This document shows positions 9,893 to 20,202 of a stretch of DNA of 64,000 nt, one piece after another. The translations under genes and the position numbers were made by a program. Within the stretch, counting starts at the first letter, position 1; each line of letters begins with the position of its first letter. The DNA comes from Acholeplasmataceae bacterium (GTDB lineage: Bacteria; Bacillota_I; Bacilli_A; Acholeplasmatales; Acholeplasmataceae): the NCBI GenBank assembly GCA_963675245.1, contig OY775910.1, positions 416,001-480,000 on the forward strand, in the 5' to 3' direction. The notes beneath the pieces were generated by a model. That model ran no database searches. It was given only the letters and a program-made list of their open reading frames with translations, and was not told the origin of the DNA.

Positions 9893-10953
9893 GCTTCTTC
9901 ACCTGCAAGTTGACGCTTTTGAAATTCATTTAATAGTGGTTCTAAAATTAAATCAAGTCGACCATCAATAATCGCGTCTAAACGTTGTAATGTTAAACCG
10001 ATACGATGATCAGTGACGCGGTTTTGTGGGTAGTTATAGGTTCTAATCTTTTCAGAACGATCGCCACGTCCAACTAAAGAACGTCGTTCTGCGCCTTCTT
10101 TAGCAAGTTTTTCTTGCTCAATCATATCGTAAATTCTAGTTACTAATAAACGATATGCTTTATCTTTATTTTCGTGTTGTGATTTACCTTCTTGACACGC
10201 CACGGCGATACCTGTTGGTATATGCGTTAAGCGAACAGCTGATTTAGTTGTATTGACGGATTGTCCGCCAGGTCCACTTGAATTAAACGTATCAAAACGA
10301 ATATCATTCCAACTAATATTTAATTCAACGTCTTCTGCTTCAGGCATCACTAAGACCGTTGCGGTTGACGTGTGAATGCGTCCTTGTGATTCAGTTTGTG
10401 GCACGCGTTGTACGCGGTGCACACCTGATTCATATTTCAAGAATGAATAAACAAGTTTGCCGCTCATCATGAATTCAATGGATGTAAAGCCGCCCATCGC
10501 ACCTTCCATAGCATTTAATATTTCAATCTTCCAACCTTGTGTTTCAGCATAACGAGAATACATTCTAAATAAGTCTCCTGCGAAGATATTCCCCTCGTCG
10601 CCACCAGCGGCACCTTTGATTTCAACAATAACGTTTTTATCATCGTTAGGATCTTTTGGTAGTAATAATATTTTTAATTCTTCAATGGTTTTCTCTAAAA
10701 AATCCTCGAGCTTACTAATCTCCGATTCTGCCATCGTAACCATGTCTTCATCGTTCTCCAATTCGAGCATTTCTTTAAGGTCTATAAGTTCTGCTTTTTT
10801 TTCTTTATAAAGCCGATAAACCTCTACTGTTTTAGCCATGCCAGCAGACTCTTTTAAGAGTTCTGTCATCTCTTTAACTTCAAGCTTTCCAGTCATGAGT
10901 TTATCTTGCATTTCTTGGTATGTTTTTTCTATGAGATTTAATCTATCAAACAT
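9889..10953 (-). CDS. prfA: Peptide chain release factor 1
   Basis: PQT (PxT) anticodon-mimic motif, SGPGGQ, RTYNYPQNRVTDHRI. Confidence 0.97.
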   Translation of the reverse strand: MFDRLNLIEKTYQEMQDKLMTGKLEVKEMTELLKESAGMAKTVEVYRLYKEKKAELIDLKEMLELENDEDMVTMAESEISKLEDFLEKTIEELKILLLPKDPNDDKNVIVEIKGAAGGDEGNIFAGDLFRMYSRYAETQGWKIEILNAMEGAMGGFTSIEFMMSGKLVYSFLKYESGVHRVQRVPQTESQGRIHTSTATVLVMPEAEDVELNISWNDIRFDTFNSSGPGGQSVNTTKSAVRLTHIPTGIAVACQEGKSQHENKDKAYRLLVTRIYDMIEQEKLAKEGAERRSLVGRGDRSEKIRTYNYPQNRVTDHRIGLTLQRLDAIIDGRLDLILEPLLNEFQKRQLAGEEA

Positions 10954-11010
10954 TTTATATCACCCGATTTATCTTAACATAATTCTAACATATTTGCACC
11001 TATATGAGCG

Positions 11011-11050
11011 TAAGTGTTATAATTAAGGGGCTTAAGTGTTATAATTAAGG
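11011..11050 (+). repeat. 18-bp direct repeat TAAGTGTTATAATTAAGG x2 upstream of dps
   Basis: Exact copies at 11011-11028 and 11033-11050; each contains an extended -10 (TGTTATAAT). Confidence 0.85.
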
Positions 11051-11074
11051 TAGATTTAAAGGAGGAATTAAATT

Positions 11075-11509
11075 ATGGAAAAATTAGTTAAAGGTTTAAA
11101 CAAGCAAGTCGCTAATCTTAGCGTATTCTTCACAAAATTACATCACTATCATTGGTATGTAGAAGGTCCAGCTTTCTTTACATTCCATGCAAAATTAGAA
11201 GAATTATATGACGCAACAAATGAATTATATGATGCATTAGCAGAACGTGTCTTGCAAATTGGTGGTAACCCAGTTTCAAACTTGAAACAATACCTAGAAT
11301 TATCAGTCATTGAAGAAGCTTCTGGTAGAGAAGATGCAATTACAATGATGAAACATGTCTTAGAAGATTATAAGATCTTGAAAGATGAATTCTATGCAAC
11401 ATTGAAAGTCGCACAAGATGCAGGTGATGAAGTCACTGCAGATATGTTGATCGGTTCATTAGCAGATTTCGAAAAGAACATCTGGATGTTAGGCGCATTA
11501 GTTAAATAA
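11075..11509 (+). CDS. dps: Dps/ferritin-like DNA protection protein
   Basis: HHYHWYVEG..FFTFH..LEELY...DALAER motif. Confidence 0.93.
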   Translation: MEKLVKGLNKQVANLSVFFTKLHHYHWYVEGPAFFTFHAKLEELYDATNELYDALAERVLQIGGNPVSNLKQYLELSVIEEASGREDAITMMKHVLEDYKILKDEFYATLKVAQDAGDEVTADMLIGSLADFEKNIWMLGALVK

Positions 11510-11525
11510 AATAGATTTTAAAAAG

Positions 11526-11559
11526 AAAAGCTAAATACAACATCGTATTTAGCTTTTTT
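11526..11559. terminator. Bidirectional intrinsic terminator
   Basis: AAAAGCTAAATAC-loop-GTATTTAGCTTTT between convergent genes. Confidence 0.8.
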
Positions 11560-11565
11560 GTTTGC

Positions 11566-12624
11566 TTAACTTATAAAAGTATCAATGACCACCGCTTCAT
11601 ACTCTGGAAAATAACTATTGTTTGATACCTGACGCATATAGACATAATAATAGTTAAAATCATCATAGTTCACAACAATCTTATTTAAATAAATGTCATC
11701 ATCTGTGTTGATATATGTTTCTGTGATGACGACGTATAATGTATCTTCATCTAAACTCATCGGATCGTTGTTTGTGATTGTATCTGTTTGGATTAATTGA
11801 TATGTTTCATCATATTGACTGATTGTCACAGACGATAATTCATCAACAAACTTATATGTGATATTAAATTCGACCGGTCCGACAAGATCGTTATTTTCAC
11901 CTTCAAAATGTCTTGTAATGGTGGTGGCTATATTTTGTTTATAGAACCCTGAACCAGAACCTAAATACATTTCTTCCTTTTCTTGATCATATAAAATCAT
12001 CATTAAATAATAAACAATTGGTATATCTTGTGTTAAAAAATATATAGTCCCATCAATGGTTGTTTCAGTGGTTGAAATCGTTGTTGTGGCATGATAGAGC
12101 TTATTATCCTCCCAAAATGGGATTTGTTCACGGATATTATAATACGCATATGGATAATCATTCGAATCCAATAGCGTATATAACGATTGAACGTTTGTAT
12201 CATCATATAAATCAAGTGCATTGCTATCTAATAATATATATCCTAATAAAGGATCAGGAATGATGTTATCATCAAACGCTGTTAATTCAATTTGATTAAT
12301 TCTACCATTAAGTAACACAATCCCAATAATAGAACCAACTAAAACAATCAATATGGCAGATAAAATGAACATGGTTCTTCTTTTCACATGATTAATCTTA
12401 GTGTTATTATCAATTGATATAAGTGCCAATTCATCAGGATCTAATAAATCCTTGAACGTCACATGAAAGACTTCTATTAACTGATGAATCATGTGATTGG
12501 TTGGATATGACAATCCATTTTCCCATTTGGAAATAGATTGCCTTGTTATATTTAGTTTTGTCGCGAGATCTTCTTGTGTAAAATCATTTTCTAATCTGAG
12601 TTTTTTGATCTGATCTTTGAACAT
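11566..12624 (-). CDS. Membrane-anchored XRE-family HTH regulator with extracellular C-terminal domain
   Basis: FTQEDLATKLNITRQSISKWENG HTH, one TM helix, then soluble domain; GAGGTG RBS. Confidence 0.8.
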   Translation of the reverse strand: MFKDQIKKLRLENDFTQEDLATKLNITRQSISKWENGLSYPTNHMIHQLIEVFHVTFKDLLDPDELALISIDNNTKINHVKRRTMFILSAILIVLVGSIIGIVLLNGRINQIELTAFDDNIIPDPLLGYILLDSNALDLYDDTNVQSLYTLLDSNDYPYAYYNIREQIPFWEDNKLYHATTTISTTETTIDGTIYFLTQDIPIVYYLMMILYDQEKEEMYLGSGSGFYKQNIATTITRHFEGENNDLVGPVEFNITYKFVDELSSVTISQYDETYQLIQTDTITNNDPMSLDEDTLYVVITETYINTDDDIYLNKIVVNYDDFNYYYVYMRQVSNNSYFPEYEAVVIDTFIS

Positions 12625-12778
12625 GGCCCTCACCTCACATATAGTCTACAATAAATATACGCATATGTCATGTGCTGTTTCGCACTTTGTGGTTGCGTTC
12701 GTTGTAGCAAAACCATATATTCATTTTTTGCCTTTGTTATGCTATAATATATACAAATACAAATCGAGGGAACTTCAT

Positions 12779-13111
12779 ATGAAATTAACGGTTAAGCGTC
12801 TTCATGAATCGGTGGGAATTTTCACGAAATTTGATGTTTATGCAGATGACAAAAAATTAGGGACATTGAAACCAAACGCGAGTTTTACTCTGGATATCGA
12901 GAGGCCATACAAGATTACGTTCAAAAGAAACGCGACCATTATTTATTATCTTGAGAGCAGTGAAATACCGGTTTATCAAGATTATAATGAATTAACCATC
13001 ATACCAATGATGATTACCGGCAAAGTTGTATTTCATTATGTAATCAGATCAATAGTGATGTCGGAAGATAAACTCATTGGCATTTACAACGACAAAGAAA
13101 AAATTTATTAA
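12779..13111 (+). CDS. Hypothetical protein
   Basis: ORF from MKLTVKR with GAGGG RBS and TGCTATAAT upstream; followed by terminator. Confidence 0.6.
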   Translation: MKLTVKRLHESVGIFTKFDVYADDKKLGTLKPNASFTLDIERPYKITFKRNATIIYYLESSEIPVYQDYNELTIIPMMITGKVVFHYVIRSIVMSEDKLIGIYNDKEKIY

Positions 13112-13118
13112 ACCAAAA

Positions 13119-13141
13119 GAAAAGGACAACTTGTCCTTTTC
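13119..13141. terminator. Bidirectional terminator hairpin
   Basis: GAAAAGGACAA-C-TTGTCCTTTTC. Confidence 0.7.
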
Positions 13142-13144
13142 ATT

Positions 13145-14620
13145 TTAGAGATTAAATAATTTTTGATTCAATGTCTCAAAATCAGACTTTTCAAAATACT
13201 GTAAGATACGATTTCTCGCTAATCCTTTAAAGACAATATGAATGTTGCCTGTGCGTTCTAATAATAAGATGGGTCCTTGTACATATTTAGTTGATTGAAT
13301 GCGTGTATTTTTGACAAGTGTCTTCTTCAATGTGAACATACCTTGCTGAATGAGCAATTTATCATCATATAATTGATAACCATGTTGTCTATAATAAAGC
13401 ATGAAAGATATCATTAATAGTGAGACAGGTAATATGATAAATAAACTATAATAGATTGAAGATCCTTGTTCATCAAATATCGTCGCCGCAAACAAACCTA
13501 AAAAAATCACAATAAAACTCATAGGAAACACGATGAAATTGAATTTTCTTAACCGTTGGGGATGTTTTATATCCTGATCGATTAATTGTTTATAGTCTAA
13601 TAATGCGAGCAATTCATTTAATTTATCCAATTTAACGATTGGCATAAAGTATTGACTTTCTGATTGGTTGTTGTTATTACCTGAGGTTGCATGAATGCCA
13701 ATCACTGAAGCTTCAAGTGCATAATAATTAAATAGTCTAAATCCCAAAGCTTGTTTTAACGTTAACGCGTTAATTCTTTTTTTATGTAGTTTAAACGATA
13801 CTTTGTTAATTAAACCATATTGATACTCAATATAATCGCCATCGATGTTTAGCTCATATCCAAAATAAACAATGACATAAACTAGCGTTGTCACAATCAC
13901 TGCAGCAATGAAAACACTACATACACCAATGACTGCACCGAGAACACTAAATGCTTCATCCATCACCGTATATGAATCCAAATAAGCTAAAAACATCGTA
14001 ATCGATATCCCTGTAACAAATAATACGGGTACCCAAGATTGTAATAAACCAATAAGTCCTAGTTGATACCATTTAGCCTTGTAAAATACTTGTTCATCCT
14101 TTTTGATCACTTGATCCTTATTAGGTGCTGGCATCACTAATGTTGCGTCATCTTTTTTTTCTTCAAGGTACGCTTTTAATTGGATGGCATAGGATTTATT
14201 TAGTAATAAATCTGCTTCAGAAACAACACCCATAATCGCACCAGTATCTACTTGAAGTTTGGTTACACCTAGAATCATGTGGATAATATTTCTTTTTAAA
14301 CTAATGGTATGAATATGTTCATAAGGAATTTCTACTTTTCTTTTAATAAATAATCCCTTTTCAACAACGAACTGTTTATTCTGATTATAAAAGACATGCC
14401 GTCTCATGATCATCCACAATAGGACTAATAACACCACAAGACAAACAACGCCAATGATAATGGCGATCATAGCTTCTTGATCAGTCATGATGATATTTTC
14501 TTCATCATCACTAAAAAACATCTCCAAAACAAATATCCATATGAAGAATGTTGAGAATATCGCAGATAATATATCCGTGATATATCTTCTTTTTGAAATA
14601 TGATATTTATTTATCTTCAT
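13145..14620 (-). CDS. YdbT-like membrane protein with bacterial PH domains
   Basis: Repeated KGLF..K..IP...I motifs alternating with TM pairs; paired with a YdbS-like gene. Confidence 0.8.
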   Translation of the reverse strand: MKINKYHISKRRYITDILSAIFSTFFIWIFVLEMFFSDDEENIIMTDQEAMIAIIIGVVCLVVLLVLLWMIMRRHVFYNQNKQFVVEKGLFIKRKVEIPYEHIHTISLKRNIIHMILGVTKLQVDTGAIMGVVSEADLLLNKSYAIQLKAYLEEKKDDATLVMPAPNKDQVIKKDEQVFYKAKWYQLGLIGLLQSWVPVLFVTGISITMFLAYLDSYTVMDEAFSVLGAVIGVCSVFIAAVIVTTLVYVIVYFGYELNIDGDYIEYQYGLINKVSFKLHKKRINALTLKQALGFRLFNYYALEASVIGIHATSGNNNNQSESQYFMPIVKLDKLNELLALLDYKQLIDQDIKHPQRLRKFNFIVFPMSFIVIFLGLFAATIFDEQGSSIYYSLFIILPVSLLMISFMLYYRQHGYQLYDDKLLIQQGMFTLKKTLVKNTRIQSTKYVQGPILLLERTGNIHIVFKGLARNRILQYFEKSDFETLNQKLFNL

Positions 14621-15104
14621 CTTCAAATCCTTCACCAGACGCTAAAAATGGGTCGACTTTCTTTTTAATGTCCATTAGTAAATCTTCACATACGTCTTCT
14701 GGTAAACCAATAATCATATCTGCGGATCCTGCAGTAAATATTCTCAGTGTCGCGATTTTAAAGACCATTTGAAGTGGTCCTTGTATCTTTTCAATATGTT
14801 GAATGCGTTTGATTGGTATTAAGTCGGTTCTTTGAAATAATACACCTTTCACATTCAATAAATGATCATCATTGACTTGATAACCATTAATCTTATAGAT
14901 GAATAAAGGTAAAACGAAATTCCATATCGCGAAGAAAAAGATAATGACACCAGCTACGATTTTTGCAACCAGCAACAACACTTCAGTTTCGGCATCATCT
15001 CCTTGAAGCGTTAATAAAACAATAAATCCGCCATAAAAAATGAACGAAATAAGCGTTCTTAAAACCAGTTGATACACGTTTATTTTACTGTCTAGTTTTT
15101 GCAT
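14607..15104 (-). CDS. YdbS-like bacterial PH-domain membrane protein
   Basis: Two TM helices then KGVLF...IPIKRIQH...QGPL...TAG motif. Confidence 0.8.
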   Translation of the reverse strand: MQKLDSKINVYQLVLRTLISFIFYGGFIVLLTLQGDDAETEVLLLVAKIVAGVIIFFFAIWNFVLPLFIYKINGYQVNDDHLLNVKGVLFQRTDLIPIKRIQHIEKIQGPLQMVFKIATLRIFTAGSADMIIGLPEDVCEDLLMDIKKKVDPFLASGEGFEDEDK

Positions 15105-15215
15105 ATTAAGTTACCCCACATTATGTATTTTACAAATATTATACATTAAAAAACACACAAACTAAACACTAAATTTAGATGTGTGCTTTTTTTAATGTTA
15201 AAAATCATTATATCT

Positions 15216-16196
15216 TTAATTAAGAGTCTGTTTCTTATTTAATCGTTTATTGATGATTCGCTCGCGTTCTATTTCTCGTTGCTTATTAAACTTATTAAGA
15301 CGCATCGCTTTTTGATATTGATGCCATCTATCTTCTGTGAGCTCGCCTGTATCAAGTGCCTGCCTTATCATACATCCTGGTTCAGAGTCATGTGTACAAT
15401 CATTATATTTACATCCTTCACTTAAACTCATAATATCTTCAAATTCGTTTTCGGAAACGACATAAGATGACACGATTCGAATACCAGGTGTATCGATTAA
15501 CTTCGCACCATTATCTAATTCAATGAGTTCTCTGTTTACTGTCGTGTGTCTACCTTGTGCATCAGAGATGCGAATATCATTTGTTTTAAAGTGCTCATGA
15601 CCAATAACCCTGTTAATAAGCGTTGATTTTCCCACACCACTACTACCAATGAATACAGCGGTTTGACCTTTTAAATCGTCTTTTAAAGCCTTTATATCAT
15701 CTTCATCAAATGCAGATATGATTTTAATATCATTATCTGTAATACGTTTTACTTGATTGACATAGCTTTTATTATCATCACACAAATCTTTCTTTGTTAA
15801 AAGAATGATTGTTTTAAATGCTTGATCATAAGTGAGACTTAAGAAATTTCTTAATTTTGTGATGTTAAAATCTTCATTTAACGACATACAAATAAACGTT
15901 AGATCAATATTAGCAGCTAAAATATGTCGTTCCATAATCGTACCAACACCTTGACGTTCTAAAACACTTTTTCTTATCTCTATACGTTCAATAATGGCTA
16001 AATCGTCATCTGCTTTTCTAAACTGAACCATATCTCCTATTTGCGGGTAATCACTTTTTAAATAATGCATGTATTGAAACCTTCCACTCACTTCTGCCAT
16101 GATTTTTAATGCATCACATGAAATGAGATATCGATCTTTATAAACAGCGATCACTTGTCCTGTCATTAACTGTTTATCTTTTTGAATGCTTTCCAA
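15216..16196 (-). CDS. rsgA: Ribosome small subunit-dependent GTPase A family protein
   Basis: TKKDL, GSSGVGKSTLIN, GRHTT, DTPG, C..NDCTH.SEPGC zinc site; TTG start with AAAGGAG RBS inferred. Confidence 0.9.
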   Translation of the reverse strand: MESIQKDKQLMTGQVIAVYKDRYLISCDALKIMAEVSGRFQYMHYLKSDYPQIGDMVQFRKADDDLAIIERIEIRKSVLERQGVGTIMERHILAANIDLTFICMSLNEDFNITKLRNFLSLTYDQAFKTIILLTKKDLCDDNKSYVNQVKRITDNDIKIISAFDEDDIKALKDDLKGQTAVFIGSSGVGKSTLINRVIGHEHFKTNDIRISDAQGRHTTVNRELIELDNGAKLIDTPGIRIVSSYVVSENEFEDIMSLSEGCKYNDCTHDSEPGCMIRQALDTGELTEDRWHQYQKAMRLNKFNKQREIERERIINKRLNKKQTLN

Positions 16197-16221
16197 TGTT
16201 CTCTCTCCTTTCTTAAAAGAT

Positions 16222-16347
16222 AGATACATCTAAAGCAAACAAAAAGGATCCAAAATAGATCCTTAAAAAAAATCAAATATAAGGTTTATTTGTGGCGTTA
16301 GATGTATCTGATTAAGTTGTCATTACACTTTCTCTATATGCTTTCAT
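16222..16347 (-). promoter_or_regulatory. Putative leader-peptide attenuator of rsgA
   Basis: uORF MKAYRESVMTT* (16347-16312) with GGAG RBS; terminator-like hairpin AAGGATC-N7-GATCCTT plus U-run; 12-bp inverted repeat 16222-16233/16298-16309. Confidence 0.6.
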
Positions 16348-16405
16348 ATACACCAACTCCAATCTTTTTATTACACACATATCATAATTGATATGGTTTA
16401 AATTG

Positions 16406-17662
16406 TCAATCTTTTATGGCATTAAAGACCTCTAAGTAGTCATTTGCCATCTTTTTTTGATCAGCTAAGCTCATTTGAAACGTTGCACGGTATAAATCCC
16501 AAGGATCAGTATTGTATGGACTTTCAGGATCTTTCATCATGTGCAATGCTGCTATCAGCATTCGTTCTTTACCATCTTTTTTATAGATGTGATGTAATAC
16601 CGTCATCCATGAAGGTTTGGCTGTGATAATCGTTTCATCAAAAAAGTAGGATGATATGAGATCTGTGATAACATCTCTCGCATCAGATTCTTCGTTGCTC
16701 ATGATGATGACACCTAACTTATCCTCAGGATAAATCATTAAAAAATCAGACCACCCAAATCCCATACCACCATGAGATAGCACGTTATGTCCATGATACT
16801 CACCAACATTAAAACCAAGTCCACAAGACGCATAATAAGGTGGATAACCTCTATTCATGTGTGGTGTAACCATTACATCTAGTGTTTCAGAAAGACATAG
16901 CTTAGCTGGTTCATTCAACAATGTTTTGATGAATGATAACATATCAGGCAATGTCGCATGCAAATTGCCTGATGGGCCTTCCGAGCGGTTATAAGGATAA
17001 AATGCTAATGGTAGCGGTAGCGGTATTCTCACGTGTGGCCATACGATATCTAGTGGTTCAATGTCTTGTAATAAGTAACTACTGGAATGCATGCCTGCTT
17101 TTACTAACACTTCTTCTTTCATAAATGCTTCAAAAGATTCATTTGAAAGCTTTTGAAGCATATAACCTAAGAGGTTATACCCAATATTTGAATAAATGAA
17201 TGTTTCTCCCGGTTCAGCTTCTAAGGACATATCTTTTAAGCTTAAAATAGCATCTTCTAACGCGTGACTGGTGGTATCTTGTGCTTTAACGATATCGTTA
17301 TACGCTTCTTCAGATATATCACCTAACCCAGAGGTATGTGATAGTAACATCCTAATCGTGATTTTTCTATATCTGTCATCTGCCATTTTTAAATCAGGTA
17401 AATGTTTTATTAAATAATCATCTAACCCTATTAACCCATTTTCCACCAAACGCATGACACCAAATGCCGTAAATGTTTTACTCACTGATGTCACACAAAA
17501 AATAGATTGATTAGCAATAGGTTTATGATGATCAAGCCGTGCTATACCATGGTAATCCTCATATAAGACCTCATCATCTTTGATGATACCTATCGCCATA
17601 CCAGGAATATCATATTGTTTAATGATTGTTTGAATCGCTTTTTTGAGTTTATGAAGACTCAT
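16406..17662 (-). CDS. Serine hydrolase, beta-lactamase/AmpC-like family
   Basis: SVSK, LLSHTSG, YSN, HGG motifs. Confidence 0.88.
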   Translation of the reverse strand: MSLHKLKKAIQTIIKQYDIPGMAIGIIKDDEVLYEDYHGIARLDHHKPIANQSIFCVTSVSKTFTAFGVMRLVENGLIGLDDYLIKHLPDLKMADDRYRKITIRMLLSHTSGLGDISEEAYNDIVKAQDTTSHALEDAILSLKDMSLEAEPGETFIYSNIGYNLLGYMLQKLSNESFEAFMKEEVLVKAGMHSSSYLLQDIEPLDIVWPHVRIPLPLPLAFYPYNRSEGPSGNLHATLPDMLSFIKTLLNEPAKLCLSETLDVMVTPHMNRGYPPYYASCGLGFNVGEYHGHNVLSHGGMGFGWSDFLMIYPEDKLGVIIMSNEESDARDVITDLISSYFFDETIITAKPSWMTVLHHIYKKDGKERMLIAALHMMKDPESPYNTDPWDLYRATFQMSLADQKKMANDYLEVFNAIKD

Positions 17663-17696
17663 GTCATCACCTCTTATCGTTATGATCTAAGATGAC

Positions 17697-18377
17697 TTAA
17701 TTTCTTTGTAGTAAGATAACGCGATCTTCAGGTCCGTTTTGGACTCTTTGAAATTCGGTTTGTTCAATCACTTTAAACCCATCAAATTTAGATAGCCATT
17801 CTTCCGTGGTGTGATTAACACCTCTTAGAATACCATTAATGGCGTATGCATCTTGATCGATTTCTTTCATACCAATCTTTTCGATAAGTGCTTCATCTAA
17901 ATAGAAATTAAACTTTAATAAAACAAATCCTTGAGGTTTGATTAAACGCTTTATTTCACCAATAATCTCATCACTCGTTTTTTCAGGGACAACATCCAAT
18001 GTATTAGAACATATCATACCATCAAATGATTGATCGTCATATAAAGACAACATGTCATGCGTCCCGACTTTCGGATCAATGCCGTGAATATCAGATAAAT
18101 AGCAGGTTTCTTCCATGACGTTTACGGCATTTTCTGATGGGTCAATCCCTAAGCCATATCTCATCTTATTACCTAACAACTTAGCAACAAACAATCCATA
18201 TCCCCAGCCACAACCAATATCTAAAACATCTATACAATGATCCCCTATATGTTTTAATAAACGATGAAAATCAATAGATGAATCAAAATCATCCGCTTTT
18301 AAAGTCATAGGTTCAACTTTCTCAAACGCACTATTCCAAAAATCAATTAATTTGTTGTTTTCTTCTTTAACATTCAT
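17697..18377 (-). CDS. Class I SAM-dependent methyltransferase
   Basis: VLDIGCGWG motif I; IKPQG. Confidence 0.85.
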   Translation of the reverse strand: MNVKEENNKLIDFWNSAFEKVEPMTLKADDFDSSIDFHRLLKHIGDHCIDVLDIGCGWGYGLFVAKLLGNKMRYGLGIDPSENAVNVMEETCYLSDIHGIDPKVGTHDMLSLYDDQSFDGMICSNTLDVVPEKTSDEIIGEIKRLIKPQGFVLLKFNFYLDEALIEKIGMKEIDQDAYAINGILRGVNHTTEEWLSKFDGFKVIEQTEFQRVQNGPEDRVILLQRN

Positions 18378-18385
18378 AATATCTC

Positions 18386-18721
18386 CTAATGAACAATCGT
18401 ATCAATGACGTTGTCATCAATCGCACCAATAATCAATTGGTTATGGGTAATCCAAGTCATCCCATCATCCAATAGATCAAGTTCTTCTTGTTCATAATAA
18501 TCTCTAGCTTTCCTAAACGTTGAAAACGCATAAATATAGGCGACAAGTGTTTCCCCGTCATAAACCGAATACACGTTAAAATCACCTTCGACATTTCTTT
18601 CGTTTTCAACCACATCATATCCCGCAACTTCTAATTCATCTGTGACAGTATCAATGATTTTACAACCAAAGAGCGTGATCAATAAAGTGATCATGATGAT
18701 TATCATTCCTTTATATTTCAT
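18386..18721 (-). CDS. Small lipoprotein
   Basis: Signal peptide with lipobox LFGC. Confidence 0.65.
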   Translation of the reverse strand: MKYKGMIIIMITLLITLFGCKIIDTVTDELEVAGYDVVENERNVEGDFNVYSVYDGETLVAYIYAFSTFRKARDYYEQEELDLLDDGMTWITHNQLIIGAIDDNVIDTIVH

Positions 18722-19731
18722 CTTAGTACCTCTCTTTTGATCATGTCATGGATAAGATCAAATGTTTGTCTAAACGTTTTACCATCATTAATATTACTTA
18801 ACATAACGAGTTTAAGATGATGGTCATATATCATATTTTGAGCAAACACACCAGGACCATTTCCGGGATGATATATGAGTTGATGTGACATGCCTTCAAC
18901 ATCACTTTTTACAGATATCACACCATACCCATAGCCACCGGTCTCATTAATCTTCGTTTGCACATCAAACATCATATCAACATATGTTTTAGATAGTATC
19001 TTATGATCTAATAATCCGTCATGCCATTTGTTTAAATCTAATGCACATGAATATAGGCCTCCAGCACCACTCGCAATCCGCATGTCAAAAGGTGTCGCTA
19101 GGACAACCTCACCATCTTTCATGTCATATAATGACGTAAATTCTTCTAAATGAACTTCATTAAAATGAAATCCCGTATGGGTCATATGAAGTGGATCTAA
19201 GATATATTTTTTTAAGTATTCATGATACGGCATGTCTGAGATCAATTCAATTAAATAACTCAATATGAAAAACCCACTGGATGAATATTCAAATTTTTCT
19301 CCTGGCTTAAAATTTAAAGGGTTTTTAAATATCTTTTCTTTGATCATGCGTAAGTGAAACTGATCACTTGCTAGTAATGGCTTAAAATCATCGTATATAT
19401 CAAAATTAGGTATCCCTGAACTATTTGATAGTAAATGATGAACCGTTATCTCTTCATCATATGGCACATCTTTAATCAAATCACTTAATGTGTCTGATAG
19501 CTTCAATAACCCTTTTTCAACGAGTTGTAAAACAGCTGCTGCAGTAAACTGCTTGGTAATTGAACCAATCCGAAAAACTGCATCTTTTGGCATCTTTTTT
19601 TTAGATGCGATATCCTTATATCCAAACCCTTGATGAAAAAGCACATCCGCATGATCCGCCACTAAAACAACACCATTAAACTGTTCTTTTTCACATATAT
19701 TTTTTATGCGTTCGGTTATATTCATAAGCAT
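18718..19731 (-). CDS. Serine hydrolase, beta-lactamase/AmpC-like family
   Basis: FRIGSITK, PGEKFEYSS, HPG motifs. Confidence 0.88.
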   Translation of the reverse strand: MLMNITERIKNICEKEQFNGVVLVADHADVLFHQGFGYKDIASKKKMPKDAVFRIGSITKQFTAAAVLQLVEKGLLKLSDTLSDLIKDVPYDEEITVHHLLSNSSGIPNFDIYDDFKPLLASDQFHLRMIKEKIFKNPLNFKPGEKFEYSSSGFFILSYLIELISDMPYHEYLKKYILDPLHMTHTGFHFNEVHLEEFTSLYDMKDGEVVLATPFDMRIASGAGGLYSCALDLNKWHDGLLDHKILSKTYVDMMFDVQTKINETGGYGYGVISVKSDVEGMSHQLIYHPGNGPGVFAQNMIYDHHLKLVMLSNINDGKTFRQTFDLIHDMIKREVLR

Positions 19732-19815
19732 ATCTCCTTTAAATTTAATATACCATGTTTAGTTATAAGTGTTATAATTTAGTTGAATAATCACATAAGA
19801 AACGAGGTATATATA

Positions 19816-20184
19816 ATGAAAAACAAATGGTTAGGCATGATATATATCATCTTAGGTGTCGGCATCATCGGTTTATGGATCATGCTCATCATGACTGATC
19901 AAGTGACAGAACTTGATACCAATCCAGCTGAGATCACCATACACATGATTGTAGAATCTTTAATGGGTGTCTTCTCAATTACCACCGGTATATTACTGAT
20001 CAAACGTGTCTGGGTAAGTGACTATGCCTTACTATTCACAAATGGCGTCTTAGCCTATTCAGTCATCAACTCTTCAGGGTATTATGTTGATCTTAGAAAC
20101 TATACGATGGTGGTCTTCTTCGGTATCATATTAATATTTGTCATTTTAACGTCACTTTTCACACTCAAAAAATTAAACACATAA
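19816..20184 (+). CDS. Four-TM membrane protein of unknown function
   Basis: GAGGT RBS; four hydrophobic segments. Confidence 0.7.
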   Translation: MKNKWLGMIYIILGVGIIGLWIMLIMTDQVTELDTNPAEITIHMIVESLMGVFSITTGILLIKRVWVSDYALLFTNGVLAYSVINSSGYYVDLRNYTMVVFFGIILIFVILTSLFTLKKLNT

Positions 20185-20202
20185 GGATTGGTAACCATAA
20201 GA

